Source of the DNA: Candidatus Poribacteria bacterium
Lineage (GTDB): Bacteria; Poribacteria; WGA-4E; UBA9662
Reading direction: 5' to 3'
Length of the DNA stretch: 64,000 bases
NCBI GenBank assembly: GCA_036339735.1
Contig: JAYZAL010000001.1
Coordinates: 42,540 to 106,539, forward strand
Position 1 is the stretch's first letter. Each line of letters begins with the position of its first letter. Below, piece after piece: positions 1 through 10,126 of the stretch. The translations under genes were made by a program, and so were the position numbers. The notes beneath the pieces were generated by a model. That model was not told the origin of the DNA and made no database searches. It worked only from the letters and a program-made list of their open reading frames with translations.

Positions 1-1
1 T

Positions 2-523
2 GCCATACCTTTTGGTTTAATGTGTTCTGCGAATTTATCTCCTGTTTGGTTATCCCAACCAGTGAGGCGTATGATGGACTTGCTTCGCTCTGTAAACGAA
101 ATGGTTTTTGCCATGTTATTTATTGCAGCTGTTGGTTTAGGACCATTCGCAGGTGTTTTGGCGTTAACTCTGCACACTCTTGGTTCATTGAGCAAGCTAT
201 TCTCTGAGGTCGTTGAAGCGATTGACCCCCAACCCGTTGAAGGTATTCGAGCGACAGGAGCAACCTCGATCGAGGAAATCATTTATGGAGTTCTCCCGCA
301 AGTTTTTCCGCTTTGGATTTCTTATTCCTTGTACCGGTTCGAAGCTAATGTACGCTCAGCTAGCGTAATTGGTATGGTTGGTGCTGGTGGTATCGGAATG
401 TTATTATGGGATGCTATTCGTGGCTTTGACTATAGCAAAACAGCAGCCATTATCTTGATAATTGTAGTCGTCGTTAGCTTCCTCGACTTCACTTCAGCCC
501 GTATCCGACGTATCTACATCTAA
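2..523 (+). CDS. phnE: Phosphonate ABC transporter permease PhnE (5'-truncated by window edge)
   Basis: Frame is open to the window start; motifs [27 protein letters not shown] and [22 protein letters not shown] are typical of PhnE. Confidence 0.9.
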   Translation, partial: AIPFGLMCSANLSPVWLSQPVRRMMDLLRSVNEMVFAMLFIAAVGLGPFAGVLALTLHTLGSLSKLFSEVVEAIDPQPVEGIRATGATSIEEIIYGVLPQVFPLWISYSLYRFEANVRSASVIGMVGAGGIGMLLWDAIRGFDYSKTAAIILIIVVVVSFLDFTSARIRRIYI

Positions 524-560
524 CCTAATCGATAATGACAATCACCGATAAAGTTCTCAA

Positions 561-932
561 TTAGGCCAGCATATCGATTGGATCATAGCTAACGCTCAGG
601 TTTCGACTGGAAAACTGTTCGTAACTGGGTGTAGGTTGGGGAGTAGTTGGTGGTTGTGTACGATCCTGTGACGTCGGTGGCATAGTACGTTGAACGGTCA
701 TCCGTTGACTAACCAGAGAAAACTGTCTTTGCTGTGGTCTCTGGTTTTGAGCTTCTTCCTCCGCAGCCTGATTGTCAGCTTCAGCTTCCTGTAACGAGCC
801 GAGCTCAGCTTGTTGCGTCTCTAAACGCTCAAGACGTTTGCGAGCTTCATCAGCCGAATTCTTAAACTTATCTTGGTCGAACGTGAGTTTTCGATAAAAA
901 AGCGGGGATTGTAAATCTGTAGTAATTGCCAT
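561..932 (-). CDS. Hypothetical protein, coiled-coil plus Q/P/T-rich low-complexity region
   Basis: 123-aa ORF with protein-like composition; strong promoter about 220 nt upstream. Confidence 0.65.
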   Translation of the reverse strand: MAITTDLQSPLFYRKLTFDQDKFKNSADEARKRLERLETQQAELGSLQEAEADNQAAEEEAQNQRPQQRQFSLVSQRMTVQRTMPPTSQDRTQPPTTPQPTPSYEQFSSRNLSVSYDPIDMLA

Positions 933-1149
933 TCGAGAATTCTAGTTATTAATGAGCAAATCTTGCTTGGTTTTTTAAGGCCAACGGGAAAGATCTACAG
1001 ATCTTTATATTCTGACAGAGGACACAGTTACCCTCTTTTATACATCACACCCTAGTTACCATTCAAATGCAGCCCCGTTGAACAACAACCTGACTCTAGA
1101 TAGTGTGTAGTCAACAAGACAATAAAATAGGATAACCTAAACACAGGCG

Positions 1150-1178
1150 ATTATATCATTGAGGACAAATTAGGTCAA
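1150..1178 (-). promoter_or_regulatory. Sigma70-type promoter TTGACC-17-TATAAT with extended -10 TG
   Basis: Minus strand reads TTGACC taatttgtcctcaatga TATAAT. Confidence 0.7.
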
Positions 1179-1445
1179 AGAAAATGTTGTCTCGCAGTTA
1201 GCCTTAATGGTTTCAGAAAATTCACCCAGAAACAGTCGTGGTACAATAGCGCTCATTTTACGTGTTTATTCAATTTTATTCAATCAATCGATAATACACC
1301 CGTAGGCAATTATATTTTTCTCCCTTCAAAATTAACGGCTTTCATATTAACTAAGGCCTAACTGTCAATCTAGCGCTTATAGATGATTTACTAGGGTTAA
1401 GACCGTACAGGTGCCCCAAATTGCTATCGAAAAAGTGGAAAAATC

Positions 1446-1467
1446 AGACGAAAGGACCCTTTCGTCT
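1446..1467 (-). terminator. Intrinsic terminator after tsaC
   Basis: Perfect inverted repeat AGACGAAAG-gacc-CTTTCGTCT at the tsaC stop, followed on minus strand by GATTTTTCCACTTTTT. Confidence 0.7.
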
Positions 1468-2045
1468 TAATCCAACGACAAATCAACTGAGCCTTGGCGC
1501 CTGATTTTGGGAGGTCGAGTTGTTAAATCTAAAACAGTAGAGGAAACTTGAATTTTTGTTGGTCCACCATCCAAGATTAATAATTCATCACCTAGCTGTT
1601 GGCAAACTTGAAGAGCAGTAGTCGCAGGTGGGTAGTCAGAGCGATTCGCACTAGTCGTAGCAATGGGGCTGCCAAATTCTTGGATTAACTGACATGCTAA
1701 TCTATTAGCAGGTACGCGGATACCAATTGTCGACTGGCCAGCGGTCACCACTTTGGGTAGCTCTGGTTTTGCTTTCAAAATCATGGTTAACGCTCCAGGC
1801 CAATACTTCTCAGCAAGTTCAAAAAACAGAGGGGGAACTTCTTTAACTACTAGTGTTGCTTGTTCAATCGATGAAATCAACAAAGGTATGGGTTTATTAC
1901 TGGGTCGCCCCTTGTAGATAAATAGTTTTTGAACAGCTTCTGAGTTGAAAGGGTCAGCTCCAAGTCCGTATACTGTATCTGTTGGAAAAGCAATAACTTC
2001 ACCAATTTGTAGTATGCGAACAGCTTGTTGAATCTTTTCTATCAT
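1467..2045 (-). CDS. tsaC: L-threonylcarbamoyladenylate synthase (TsaC/YrdC/Sua5 family)
   Basis: Motifs FPTDTVYGL, KGRPSNKP, WPGALT, TSANRS. Confidence 0.93.
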   Translation of the reverse strand: MIEKIQQAVRILQIGEVIAFPTDTVYGLGADPFNSEAVQKLFIYKGRPSNKPIPLLISSIEQATLVVKEVPPLFFELAEKYWPGALTMILKAKPELPKVVTAGQSTIGIRVPANRLACQLIQEFGSPIATTSANRSDYPPATTALQVCQQLGDELLILDGGPTKIQVSSTVLDLTTRPPKIRRQGSVDLSLD

Positions 2046-2057
2046 TATGTCTTTGGG

Positions 2058-3098
2058 TTATACAATTTCGGATCTGGCTGAAGCATTAAGGTCGAAATCG
2101 TCCCTTTGGCCTTGACAATATTTATGGTAAGCTAATCCCGCAATCATTGCCGCGTTATCAGTACAAAGACGTATGGAAGGATAAAAAACCTTTGCTCCAA
2201 TTTCCTCACCAGCAATTTCCATTTCCTTCCTCAAAAGACTATTAGCTGCTACTCCACCCGTCAACGTAATTGTTCGATATCCTTTTTCTCTGGTTGCTCG
2301 TATAGTTTTTGCTACCAAAACCTCAACTGCAGCGGATTGAAAGCTCGCTGCAATATCTTCAACAGATGGAAGTTCTTGATTTTTCTTGGCTTTCTCGACA
2401 AAGTTTCGGACTGATGTTTTAATTCCGCTATAGCTAAATTGGTAATTTCCACTATTCAACATGGGACGTGGAAATGCAATGGCTGTTTCGTCTCCCATCT
2501 TAGCAAGATCATCAATAATTTTGCCCCCTGGAAATCCTAATCCTAGGTATTTTGCTACTTTATCGTATGCTTCTCCCGCAGCATCATCTTGAGTACTACC
2601 TAATACATGATAGTTTTCCCATCCTTCTAGCACTTCTACTAGTAAAGTATGTCCACCAGAAACAGTCAAACATAAGTGTGGAAATGTAAGTTGATCATGT
2701 TCCATAAATGGTGCATAAATATGTCCTTCAATGTGGTTAATACCAAGTAGAGGAAGTTGACAGCAATATGCCAAACTTTTCGCTGCGGAGACACCGACCA
2801 GTAAAGCCCCAATCAAGCCTGGCCGGTTGGTTACAGCAATAGCAGAAAGATCAGTCAGATTGACATCAGCTTTTTGTAATGCTTCCTCAATAATGTAATT
2901 TATTAATTCTACATGCTGGCGAGAAGCTAATTCAGGAACGATTCCACCATACTCTTTATGAAGTTCAATTTGGGAAGAAATAATATTTGACTGAATTGAC
3001 CTGCCACCTTCAACTACTGCAACTGAAGTGTCATCACAAGAAGTATCAATGCCTAAAATCTTCATTCCTTCACCTAAAACCTCTTTCTCTTTTGTCAT
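2058..3098 (-). CDS. tsaD: tRNA N6-adenosine threonylcarbamoyltransferase TsaD
   Basis: GIDTSCDDT, GGIVPELASRQH, HIEGH metal motif, DDAAGEAYDKVA, CTDNAAMI. Confidence 0.96.
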   Translation of the reverse strand: MTKEKEVLGEGMKILGIDTSCDDTSVAVVEGGRSIQSNIISSQIELHKEYGGIVPELASRQHVELINYIIEEALQKADVNLTDLSAIAVTNRPGLIGALLVGVSAAKSLAYCCQLPLLGINHIEGHIYAPFMEHDQLTFPHLCLTVSGGHTLLVEVLEGWENYHVLGSTQDDAAGEAYDKVAKYLGLGFPGGKIIDDLAKMGDETAIAFPRPMLNSGNYQFSYSGIKTSVRNFVEKAKKNQELPSVEDIAASFQSAAVEVLVAKTIRATREKGYRTITLTGGVAANSLLRKEMEIAGEEIGAKVFYPSIRLCTDNAAMIAGLAYHKYCQGQRDDFDLNASARSEIV

Positions 3099-3111
3099 TT
3101 ATCATTTTGAT

Positions 3112-4983
3112 CTACATTCTACCTTGCATTTGTCCCATCGCCATGATCATACCGTACAATTGTTGCAACTCTATGACTGAGGTAAATAATTTTATTTCTA
3201 AACCATCTTTTTTGGGAGCCACTCCCATAGCAATGCTATAGGTTTGTGGAATTCCAGCTAATAATGCTGCAACCATTCCAATGTTAGGATCAGACTGAGC
3301 AACCACATTCAAAATTTGGTTAATCATGGTCATGGGAGAGATCCCCATGACCATGTAGCCCGATGAATCTAGTTCATCAAATAAGCGATCATAGCCGGCG
3401 CTTTGATCAAACCCATTATCCAAACCAAGACATGTATCTACAACTGACTTGATAGCTTGTGGGGTCTCAGCAGTTGAAACAACTAGAAATTGTTCAAAGA
3501 TAGCATAGTAAAGATGTAATTCGCTGGGCATCATAACACCTAGCTGTGAGTCATCAAATAAATCCAAGTTACCAATTCCCTGATTTGGTAGAATATAGTT
3601 TTTAATTTCGACTCCCTCATAAATCTCAGTTGAGCCGGCCTCGACCGGTGAATCTGATTCGTTGAGCCCCATTGCTTGGTAAATGAGAGAGTTAGAACCA
3701 TACATTAACTGGAAATATCCATTATCAATGAGTTGCTCGAGCTTTTTCTGATCGGTAATTTTGTAAATCTGAGTTAAGTCAGGAATAACAGAACTAGAAA
3801 TATTATTAAATCCTGCCGATTGAGGACCAACAGACTTATAGAATTCGGAAGCCAAAGCTGCAATCTTAGTACTCAATTCCTCGGCATTATCAGGAATTTT
3901 CTCTTCACCTGATAATTTCAACATTTTGACCCCCATATCCATTGACCAAATTGCAATCTCAGCAATTTTGTTAGGATCAAGATTCATCCCGTACGCCATT
4001 CCACTACCTTCGGGGATATATTTCAAAAGTGGGAAATTTTCGGGACCGGTTCTAGAAGTAATATTTTTAGCAAAAGGCTCAAGGTAGTTACTAATCTGAC
4101 TATCGGAAATCATCTGTATAAACGGAGTTAATACAATTTCTCCCTTATCGTGCTGCAATGTTAAACTCAGAGAGTGTATCTGAGATAACCACTGAGATAT
4201 AGTCTTTAAGATTTCAGTCTGCCCTGTTTCTTGTGAAACTCGTCCAAAAAATTCAGTTACCATTGCTTGGTTATTTTCAACTAATCTCTGGATAGAAAAA
4301 TATGCTGCTATATCATTAGTAGAAGAATTAAGTAGTAAATCAGAAAAACTAGTGGATTTTGTAATGGGTTTAGCTTCCTTAAGATAAGTTTCAATTACTT
4401 GGTGGCAAATTGATCTACTACTTGTAAATACCATGACATTATCTAAAAATAGAAATGACTCCGAATTAGTTGATTCTCCTTTCTCTCCATTTCTCGGTTT
4501 GGTCAGATAAGTAATACTACGGTGTTTTTGCTCTACTAAATCACCTTCTTCCTGACTCAGCATTTGTCGGACATCCTCTTGGTTTTCGACATGAACAACA
4601 GCCGAAACCGCTACCGGATTCCCCACATTACTCTCATTTGTATGCATAAAAATAGCAAAGCCACGTGAAAAGTCAAAACCAATTTCTTCTAATTCATTGA
4701 GACTCTCAAAACCTGCTGAAAACATATTGGCTAGTATAGCCACTAGCACATCAGTATCTGGATCTGAGGTCGGATCCATTTGTGCCATCAAATCACCAAC
4801 CTCTTGATTGAAGCCTTTTAGATTGCCGACATGAACTAAACCAACAGCCGAGCTTGGTATAACTTCCAGCACTGAATCGATTTTTGCACTAGCACTAATC
4901 GTTAGTAAAATCAAAACAAAACCGAATAAACGTGTTTCCCAACGGGTAAACATTTGGAACTCCTGTGGCCAGGTTTTGGCCAT
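3112..4983 (-). CDS. Hypothetical exported protein (DUF3352-like architecture)
   Basis: 623-aa ORF with signal-peptide-like N-terminus (LILLTISASA) and two 'L..IP...' repeat halves; family call tentative. Confidence 0.6.
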   Translation of the reverse strand: MAKTWPQEFQMFTRWETRLFGFVLILLTISASAKIDSVLEVIPSSAVGLVHVGNLKGFNQEVGDLMAQMDPTSDPDTDVLVAILANMFSAGFESLNELEEIGFDFSRGFAIFMHTNESNVGNPVAVSAVVHVENQEDVRQMLSQEEGDLVEQKHRSITYLTKPRNGEKGESTNSESFLFLDNVMVFTSSRSICHQVIETYLKEAKPITKSTSFSDLLLNSSTNDIAAYFSIQRLVENNQAMVTEFFGRVSQETGQTEILKTISQWLSQIHSLSLTLQHDKGEIVLTPFIQMISDSQISNYLEPFAKNITSRTGPENFPLLKYIPEGSGMAYGMNLDPNKIAEIAIWSMDMGVKMLKLSGEEKIPDNAEELSTKIAALASEFYKSVGPQSAGFNNISSSVIPDLTQIYKITDQKKLEQLIDNGYFQLMYGSNSLIYQAMGLNESDSPVEAGSTEIYEGVEIKNYILPNQGIGNLDLFDDSQLGVMMPSELHLYYAIFEQFLVVSTAETPQAIKSVVDTCLGLDNGFDQSAGYDRLFDELDSSGYMVMGISPMTMINQILNVVAQSDPNIGMVAALLAGIPQTYSIAMGVAPKKDGLEIKLFTSVIELQQLYGMIMAMGQMQGRM

Positions 4984-5143
4984 TTTTATGATTGTTTATT
5001 AAACACTAAGACCGTACATACACCCAGATACTAACCGTATTCGCTACTTTTTGATTCAGTGGGCGCAAGCCGTTTTACTAAAAAACTTTATTTGTATTTA
5101 GAAATAATAAGAATCTTTGAACCTTCCATACTTGTAGACCGTA

Positions 5144-6331
5144 TCAAATTTTGATATCAGTACGAGTAGAAATTACTTCAACCAAGGACGCGACAAATTT
5201 ATCGATATCCTCATAACTATTGTATAGGTGAGTTGAAATTCGAAAAACAGGAATGCCTCCAGCATCTAGAGAAACTACTTGAATTTGATAATCTTGCCAC
5301 AGGTAGTTGACAACTTTACCATGATCGATACCAGGAATAGTAAAAGTGGTCAAAAAACCAGATTGGTCGCTGTCCCTTGGAATCGTCAGTTCAGCCTCTG
5401 AAATCTGATCTAAAATTTGGCTTTTTAAATAAGCAGCTAAACTAAGGCAATAGGGCCGAATACGGTCTTCCCAGCCGATCTCTATTTGAAAATCAATCGC
5501 TTTACCTAGGCCTGCAAAATGAGTAGAGTCTCTAGTACCTGCCACGTCAAAGCGGTGAGGGGGTTTTTGATTAAGGCCAAAACCCAAAGTTGCTGGACGC
5601 AAATCCAAAAAGGGTTCAGCCAAATAAGCCATGCCTACCCCTTTGGGAGCAAGCAACCACTTGTGACAGCTAGAGAGATAAAAGTCACAATTCGAAACGT
5701 CGATAGGAACCATTCCAACGGCATGGGCACCATCCACAACGGAAAATGCATCATATTCGCGCGCTAATTGACAAAGATCTTTAACTGGCGTAACCAATCC
5801 ACTGGTACAGTAGACATGGCTAAAGACTAAGACCTGTGTGTGATAGCTGATGCCCTCTGCAAAGGCCTCAACTATCTGTCTGGGATCCGATGGTTTAATT
5901 GGTAAAGAAATAGTACGAATTTTTAACCCTTTTTGCGCTGCTACATACTCCCAAATATTCTTGACTGCTCCATACTCTTGATCGCTCATTAGAACTTCAT
6001 TTCCTGATTCAAGAGGAAGGCCACATGCTGGAATATTCATTCCCATTGTTGTGTTGAGAACAAGCGAAATTTGATCCGGATTGGCACCAATGAACTTACC
6101 CAACTTCTGTCGACTTTCTTCTACCAAGGGGGCCAGTAATGAACCACCTCCGTTGTTAAGTGGGTCAGATTCTAGTTCCCGCAAGAGAGAAATGACATAT
6201 TCAGTAACTGGCCGAGGAGAAGGGCCAACCGTTCCTCCCTGCAGATAAGACACCTTATTACTTAGGTAAAATTGTCGACGAACTGACTGCCAGAAAGCCA
6301 TTTCTTTTTCTGCTAATACGTATTTTGACAT
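5144..6331 (-). CDS. Class V PLP-dependent aminotransferase (isopenicillin N epimerase / C-S lyase-like)
   Basis: VVDGAH, SSCHKWLLAPKG (PLP lysine), RISTHLYN. Confidence 0.85.
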   Translation of the reverse strand: MSKYVLAEKEMAFWQSVRRQFYLSNKVSYLQGGTVGPSPRPVTEYVISLLRELESDPLNNGGGSLLAPLVEESRQKLGKFIGANPDQISLVLNTTMGMNIPACGLPLESGNEVLMSDQEYGAVKNIWEYVAAQKGLKIRTISLPIKPSDPRQIVEAFAEGISYHTQVLVFSHVYCTSGLVTPVKDLCQLAREYDAFSVVDGAHAVGMVPIDVSNCDFYLSSCHKWLLAPKGVGMAYLAEPFLDLRPATLGFGLNQKPPHRFDVAGTRDSTHFAGLGKAIDFQIEIGWEDRIRPYCLSLAAYLKSQILDQISEAELTIPRDSDQSGFLTTFTIPGIDHGKVVNYLWQDYQIQVVSLDAGGIPVFRISTHLYNSYEDIDKFVASLVEVISTRTDIKI

Positions 6332-6424
6332 AATTTAACCGAAAAATTTGTCAGATAGACTTACCTACCGATTCAAGAATGAATAGCTTATCTTATTAAT
6401 CATCCAAATCAACAATACTATTTC

Positions 6425-7774
6425 TCAGTAGGATGAAATAACGGATGAAATGACATCAACAATCTGGTCAGCCTGTTTAAGTGTCAAGATAAGAGGCGGT
6501 GCTACGAATAAAATATTTTCCGGTTCTTCCAAAGCGTGGCTAATTTTACCAATAAGAATCCCTTTTTCCTTAATTTGATGAACAATCTGGGTTGTTTCTG
6601 CTGTTGGTAGGTTGAAGCCATTGGTATCCACTAACTCAATTGCAATCATTAAACCTTTACCTCTTACTTCTTTCACTATCGCGAAATCAGTTAAGTTTTG
6701 CAGTTTTTCCTCTATATAAGTTCCAACCTGACATGAATTTTTCCACAATTGCTCGCCCATCAAAATATCAATATTTGATAAAGCTGCCGCACAAGCAACT
6801 GGGTGGCCTCCATAAGTACAAACTTGCTCAAATTCTAACCTTTCCTCTCCATCACCTAGAAACTGATCAAAAACTTGGTCGGTTGCAACACAAGCACCAA
6901 GAGGTACATACCCACTTGTAATTCCTTTGGCTAGAGTAATAATATCTGGCTGAATATCCCAATGGTGACAAGCAAAAAGTTCTCCAGTTCGACCGAAACC
7001 AGTAATCACTTCGTCTATAATCAATAGTAACCCGTATTTGTCACAAATCTCTCGCAGACGAGGGAAATAATCATCAGGTGGGATAATTACACCTCCACCA
7101 CCGATAATTGGCTCTGCGATCACCGCCGCTACAGTCTGTGGTCCTTCCCATTGTATAACTTGCTCAATTTCTTCGACCTTTAGCGGGTCTACATGCTTAA
7201 AGCCTGGAGTTAAAGGTTCATATGGAATCCGGCGTCTAGCTTGGCCAGTAGCAGACATCGCTGCATAGGTAAAGCCATGATAACTACGATAGCGACTAAT
7301 AATTTTATACCGATTTTCTTTAGGAAATCTTTGTTTTCCATACTGGCGTGCCATCTTAATGGCAGTTTCGTTGGCTTCTGAACCACTATTGCAAAAGAAT
7401 GAGTAATTCAGATTCCCAGGGAGTAATTTTGCTAATTTATGGGCTAATAAAGACGCAGGCTTATTAATTTGAGATAAGGGGTAATAAGGTAATTTCTGTA
7501 TTTGCCTGTAAACGGCTTCAGCGATTTCTTGGCGACCGTAACCCACATTGACATTCCACAACCCCGAATACGCATCCAGATATTGACTCCCATCGTTATC
7601 AGTTAAAAAAACACCTTCGCCGTGCTCAAAAACCGTCAGTTCCGCATTTTTCAAATTCTTGTGTTGATAGAGTGGGTGCCAAATATGATCACGGTCAATA
7701 TGTTGATAATCTTGTGTTTGTAGGTTCAGAAAATCAGTTGTACTAGTTGTATTTGTTCTAAAACGCATATCCAT
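6425..7774 (-). CDS. Class III aminotransferase (omega-amino acid/taurine-pyruvate type)
   Basis: SGLWNVNVGYGR, NSGSEANE, DEVITGFGRTG, AKGITSGY. Confidence 0.9.
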   Translation of the reverse strand: MDMRFRTNTTSTTDFLNLQTQDYQHIDRDHIWHPLYQHKNLKNAELTVFEHGEGVFLTDNDGSQYLDAYSGLWNVNVGYGRQEIAEAVYRQIQKLPYYPLSQINKPASLLAHKLAKLLPGNLNYSFFCNSGSEANETAIKMARQYGKQRFPKENRYKIISRYRSYHGFTYAAMSATGQARRRIPYEPLTPGFKHVDPLKVEEIEQVIQWEGPQTVAAVIAEPIIGGGGVIIPPDDYFPRLREICDKYGLLLIIDEVITGFGRTGELFACHHWDIQPDIITLAKGITSGYVPLGACVATDQVFDQFLGDGEERLEFEQVCTYGGHPVACAAALSNIDILMGEQLWKNSCQVGTYIEEKLQNLTDFAIVKEVRGKGLMIAIELVDTNGFNLPTAETTQIVHQIKEKGILIGKISHALEEPENILFVAPPLILTLKQADQIVDVISSVISSY

Positions 7775-7839
7775 TTAACCTAATGACAGATGAGACGACT
7801 ACATCTTTGAAAATTTGACCAGTTTGTGGAATTCTATAT

Positions 7840-8913
7840 TTACGTATTCAAGGAATCTGACATTTCATCAATGTGGGTGTTATTTGTCAAAACACCAATT
7901 TCAACTTCGTAATGTCTTCTACCGCCAGGTTCTAAATACTCTATACTATCGTTAGCACGTTCAGTTGCTCTTCCACCTAAGCCACAATTAGCCGGTTCCA
8001 AACCGACACAGTAAACGGATTCACCTAACATTTTCCACTGAACAAATCGGGGAAACTGTGTTTTGTGATAGCGAACATAGAGTCCAATACCTTCTCCTGA
8101 ATTAAAATCTCTATTAGCTAGCGCAACGTGAACATGGTTACTTTCATCTGCCAACATATCGTGAAGAAAAACCTGCTCTTGGTAATCTGGTTGTGGTTGG
8201 CTAAATTGATCGTGTAACCCATTGGCTGATTGCTCATCTCTGGGAGAAACACGTTCAGAAGGTGCGATCAGTTCACTATTTGGCCCTAAAATTGGCCAAC
8301 CAACATTAATATGAAATAAAATCATTAGAGGTGATTGTTGCCAACCAATATTTTCTACGATGTCTTCGATCTTGACAGAATTACTCCCCAACTCAGTTGT
8401 AATTCGTCGAGTTCTTTCCAAGTTGGTTCCAAAAACTGAAGTTTCTCGAACTTTCCCTTGTACCCATATACAATAACGATCACCTTCCCATCGAGTGTCG
8501 GCCCAGACATTAGTTGCTGGAATGTTCGATACACGCCCATGCAAGCCTAATGGCTCGCCCTCATCTTTGTTGGCTGGACCAACGTTTGTCATTCCGCAAG
8601 TAGTTAGCAAGCCACCGTAAAAAGAGCGTAGCCAACCATTGCCAGATGGTTCATAAAAAGTAGGTGCAACATCACCAGTACTGGAACGCCAACAAAGGGG
8701 AATCCCACGATAGCTAGCAGTTGAGATATCGAGTCCACGGTCTGGCAAGACCGTAAAAGTGAAACCCGTACCAGTATAGAAATCGATAGATGAGACTCCC
8801 TTCTCGGTGCCATCAGTTCGATTTGAGGAACGTAAACCTGCGATTTGAGACATATCGCCGACTCTCTTCTGTAAGTCAGATCGAAGCAGGTTCTCACCAT
8901 AAAGATTCACCAT
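7840..8913 (-). CDS. Aldose 1-epimerase-family protein (DUF4432)
   Basis: VLPDRGLDI, FYGGLLTTCG, GLHGR, HINVGWP, GLEPAN. Confidence 0.8.
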   Translation of the reverse strand: MVNLYGENLLRSDLQKRVGDMSQIAGLRSSNRTDGTEKGVSSIDFYTGTGFTFTVLPDRGLDISTASYRGIPLCWRSSTGDVAPTFYEPSGNGWLRSFYGGLLTTCGMTNVGPANKDEGEPLGLHGRVSNIPATNVWADTRWEGDRYCIWVQGKVRETSVFGTNLERTRRITTELGSNSVKIEDIVENIGWQQSPLMILFHINVGWPILGPNSELIAPSERVSPRDEQSANGLHDQFSQPQPDYQEQVFLHDMLADESNHVHVALANRDFNSGEGIGLYVRYHKTQFPRFVQWKMLGESVYCVGLEPANCGLGGRATERANDSIEYLEPGGRRHYEVEIGVLTNNTHIDEMSDSLNT

Positions 8914-8951
8914 TAGTTCTCCCTTCCCATTTGTTATGCTCTTGACTGTTA

Positions 8952-10082
8952 CTAGTTAAGACGTTGCCCAGTCTCATTATCAAAAAAATGCAGGTATTGC
9001 TTCGCTGATTCTGTCTTATGAGATAATGGAAGAATCAAAGCAACGTAATCACCAATACTACACTTTTGGCCCGAGTCTACGCGACATACAACCGTTTGTT
9101 CAGTTGAGTTGATAGTGACATAGACTAGAATCTCTGATCCGGTTGGTTCAATTACGTCAACTTGACCACTAATACCATTATCCCCAAAATCCGAAATGCT
9201 TATTTCTAAATCCTCTGGTCGTATTCCAGCTGTCAGATTGCGTCCTTGATAGTGTGTTAACTGTTCTGACATACTACTAGGTGGAATAGCTAATTGAACA
9301 CCTTCTGCCGTAACAAAATTCAGTTCTGGTCCCATAGATTGGATTTGGCCGGAGAAAAAATTCATCGGTGGCATACCAATAAAACTAGCCACAAATTTAT
9401 TTTCAGGACGATCATAAAGTGTTATTGGGTCTGAGACTTGTTGGATTAGACCTTCATTCATCACTACAATTCTATCACCCATGGTCATGGCTTCAATTTG
9501 GTCATGAGTAACATATAACATTGTGGACTTTAATTGGCTGTGTAAACGTTTAATTTCGAACCTCATTTGAACTCTCAATTTAGCATCTAAGTTTGAGAGA
9601 GGTTCGTCAAATAAGAAAGCTGCTGGCTGGCGAACGATTGCCCGTCCTACTGCTACTCTTTGTCGTTGGCCACCAGAAAGTTGCTTCGGTTTCCTAGATA
9701 ATAGATCTTGCAAATCCAGCATTTGAGCAGTTTCGTGAATTCTTTGTTGGATTTCTGATTTACTAAATTTGCGCAATTTCAGACCAAAAGCCATGTTGTC
9801 GTAAACATTCATATGCGGGTACAGAGCATAGTTTTGAAAAACCATGGCAATATCCCGATCCTTAGGTGAAACCCAATTGATTAAACGATCATCAATGGTA
9901 ATATTACCAGTAGTGATCTCTTCTAAGCCTGCAATCATCCGTAGAGTGGTTGATTTTCCACAACCGGAAGGACCAACCAGAACTACAAATTCTCCATCGG
10001 CAACATCCAAATTAAAATCGGTTACCGCTGTTACGTCACCGGGATAGACTTTGCCAACACCTTCAAGTTTCACTTGTGCCAT
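8952..10082 (-). CDS. Sugar ABC transporter ATP-binding protein (MalK/UgpC family)
   Basis: Walker A GPSGCGKST, VFQNYALYPH, LSGGQRQR, DEPLSNLDAKLR. Confidence 0.95.
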   Translation of the reverse strand: MAQVKLEGVGKVYPGDVTAVTDFNLDVADGEFVVLVGPSGCGKSTTLRMIAGLEEITTGNITIDDRLINWVSPKDRDIAMVFQNYALYPHMNVYDNMAFGLKLRKFSKSEIQQRIHETAQMLDLQDLLSRKPKQLSGGQRQRVAVGRAIVRQPAAFLFDEPLSNLDAKLRVQMRFEIKRLHSQLKSTMLYVTHDQIEAMTMGDRIVVMNEGLIQQVSDPITLYDRPENKFVASFIGMPPMNFFSGQIQSMGPELNFVTAEGVQLAIPPSSMSEQLTHYQGRNLTAGIRPEDLEISISDFGDNGISGQVDVIEPTGSEILVYVTINSTEQTVVCRVDSGQKCSIGDYVALILPLSHKTESAKQYLHFFDNETGQRLN

Positions 10083-10126
10083 TTTTATTTCCTTTTTGAG
10101 CTATATAATTGATATCAATCAAACAG

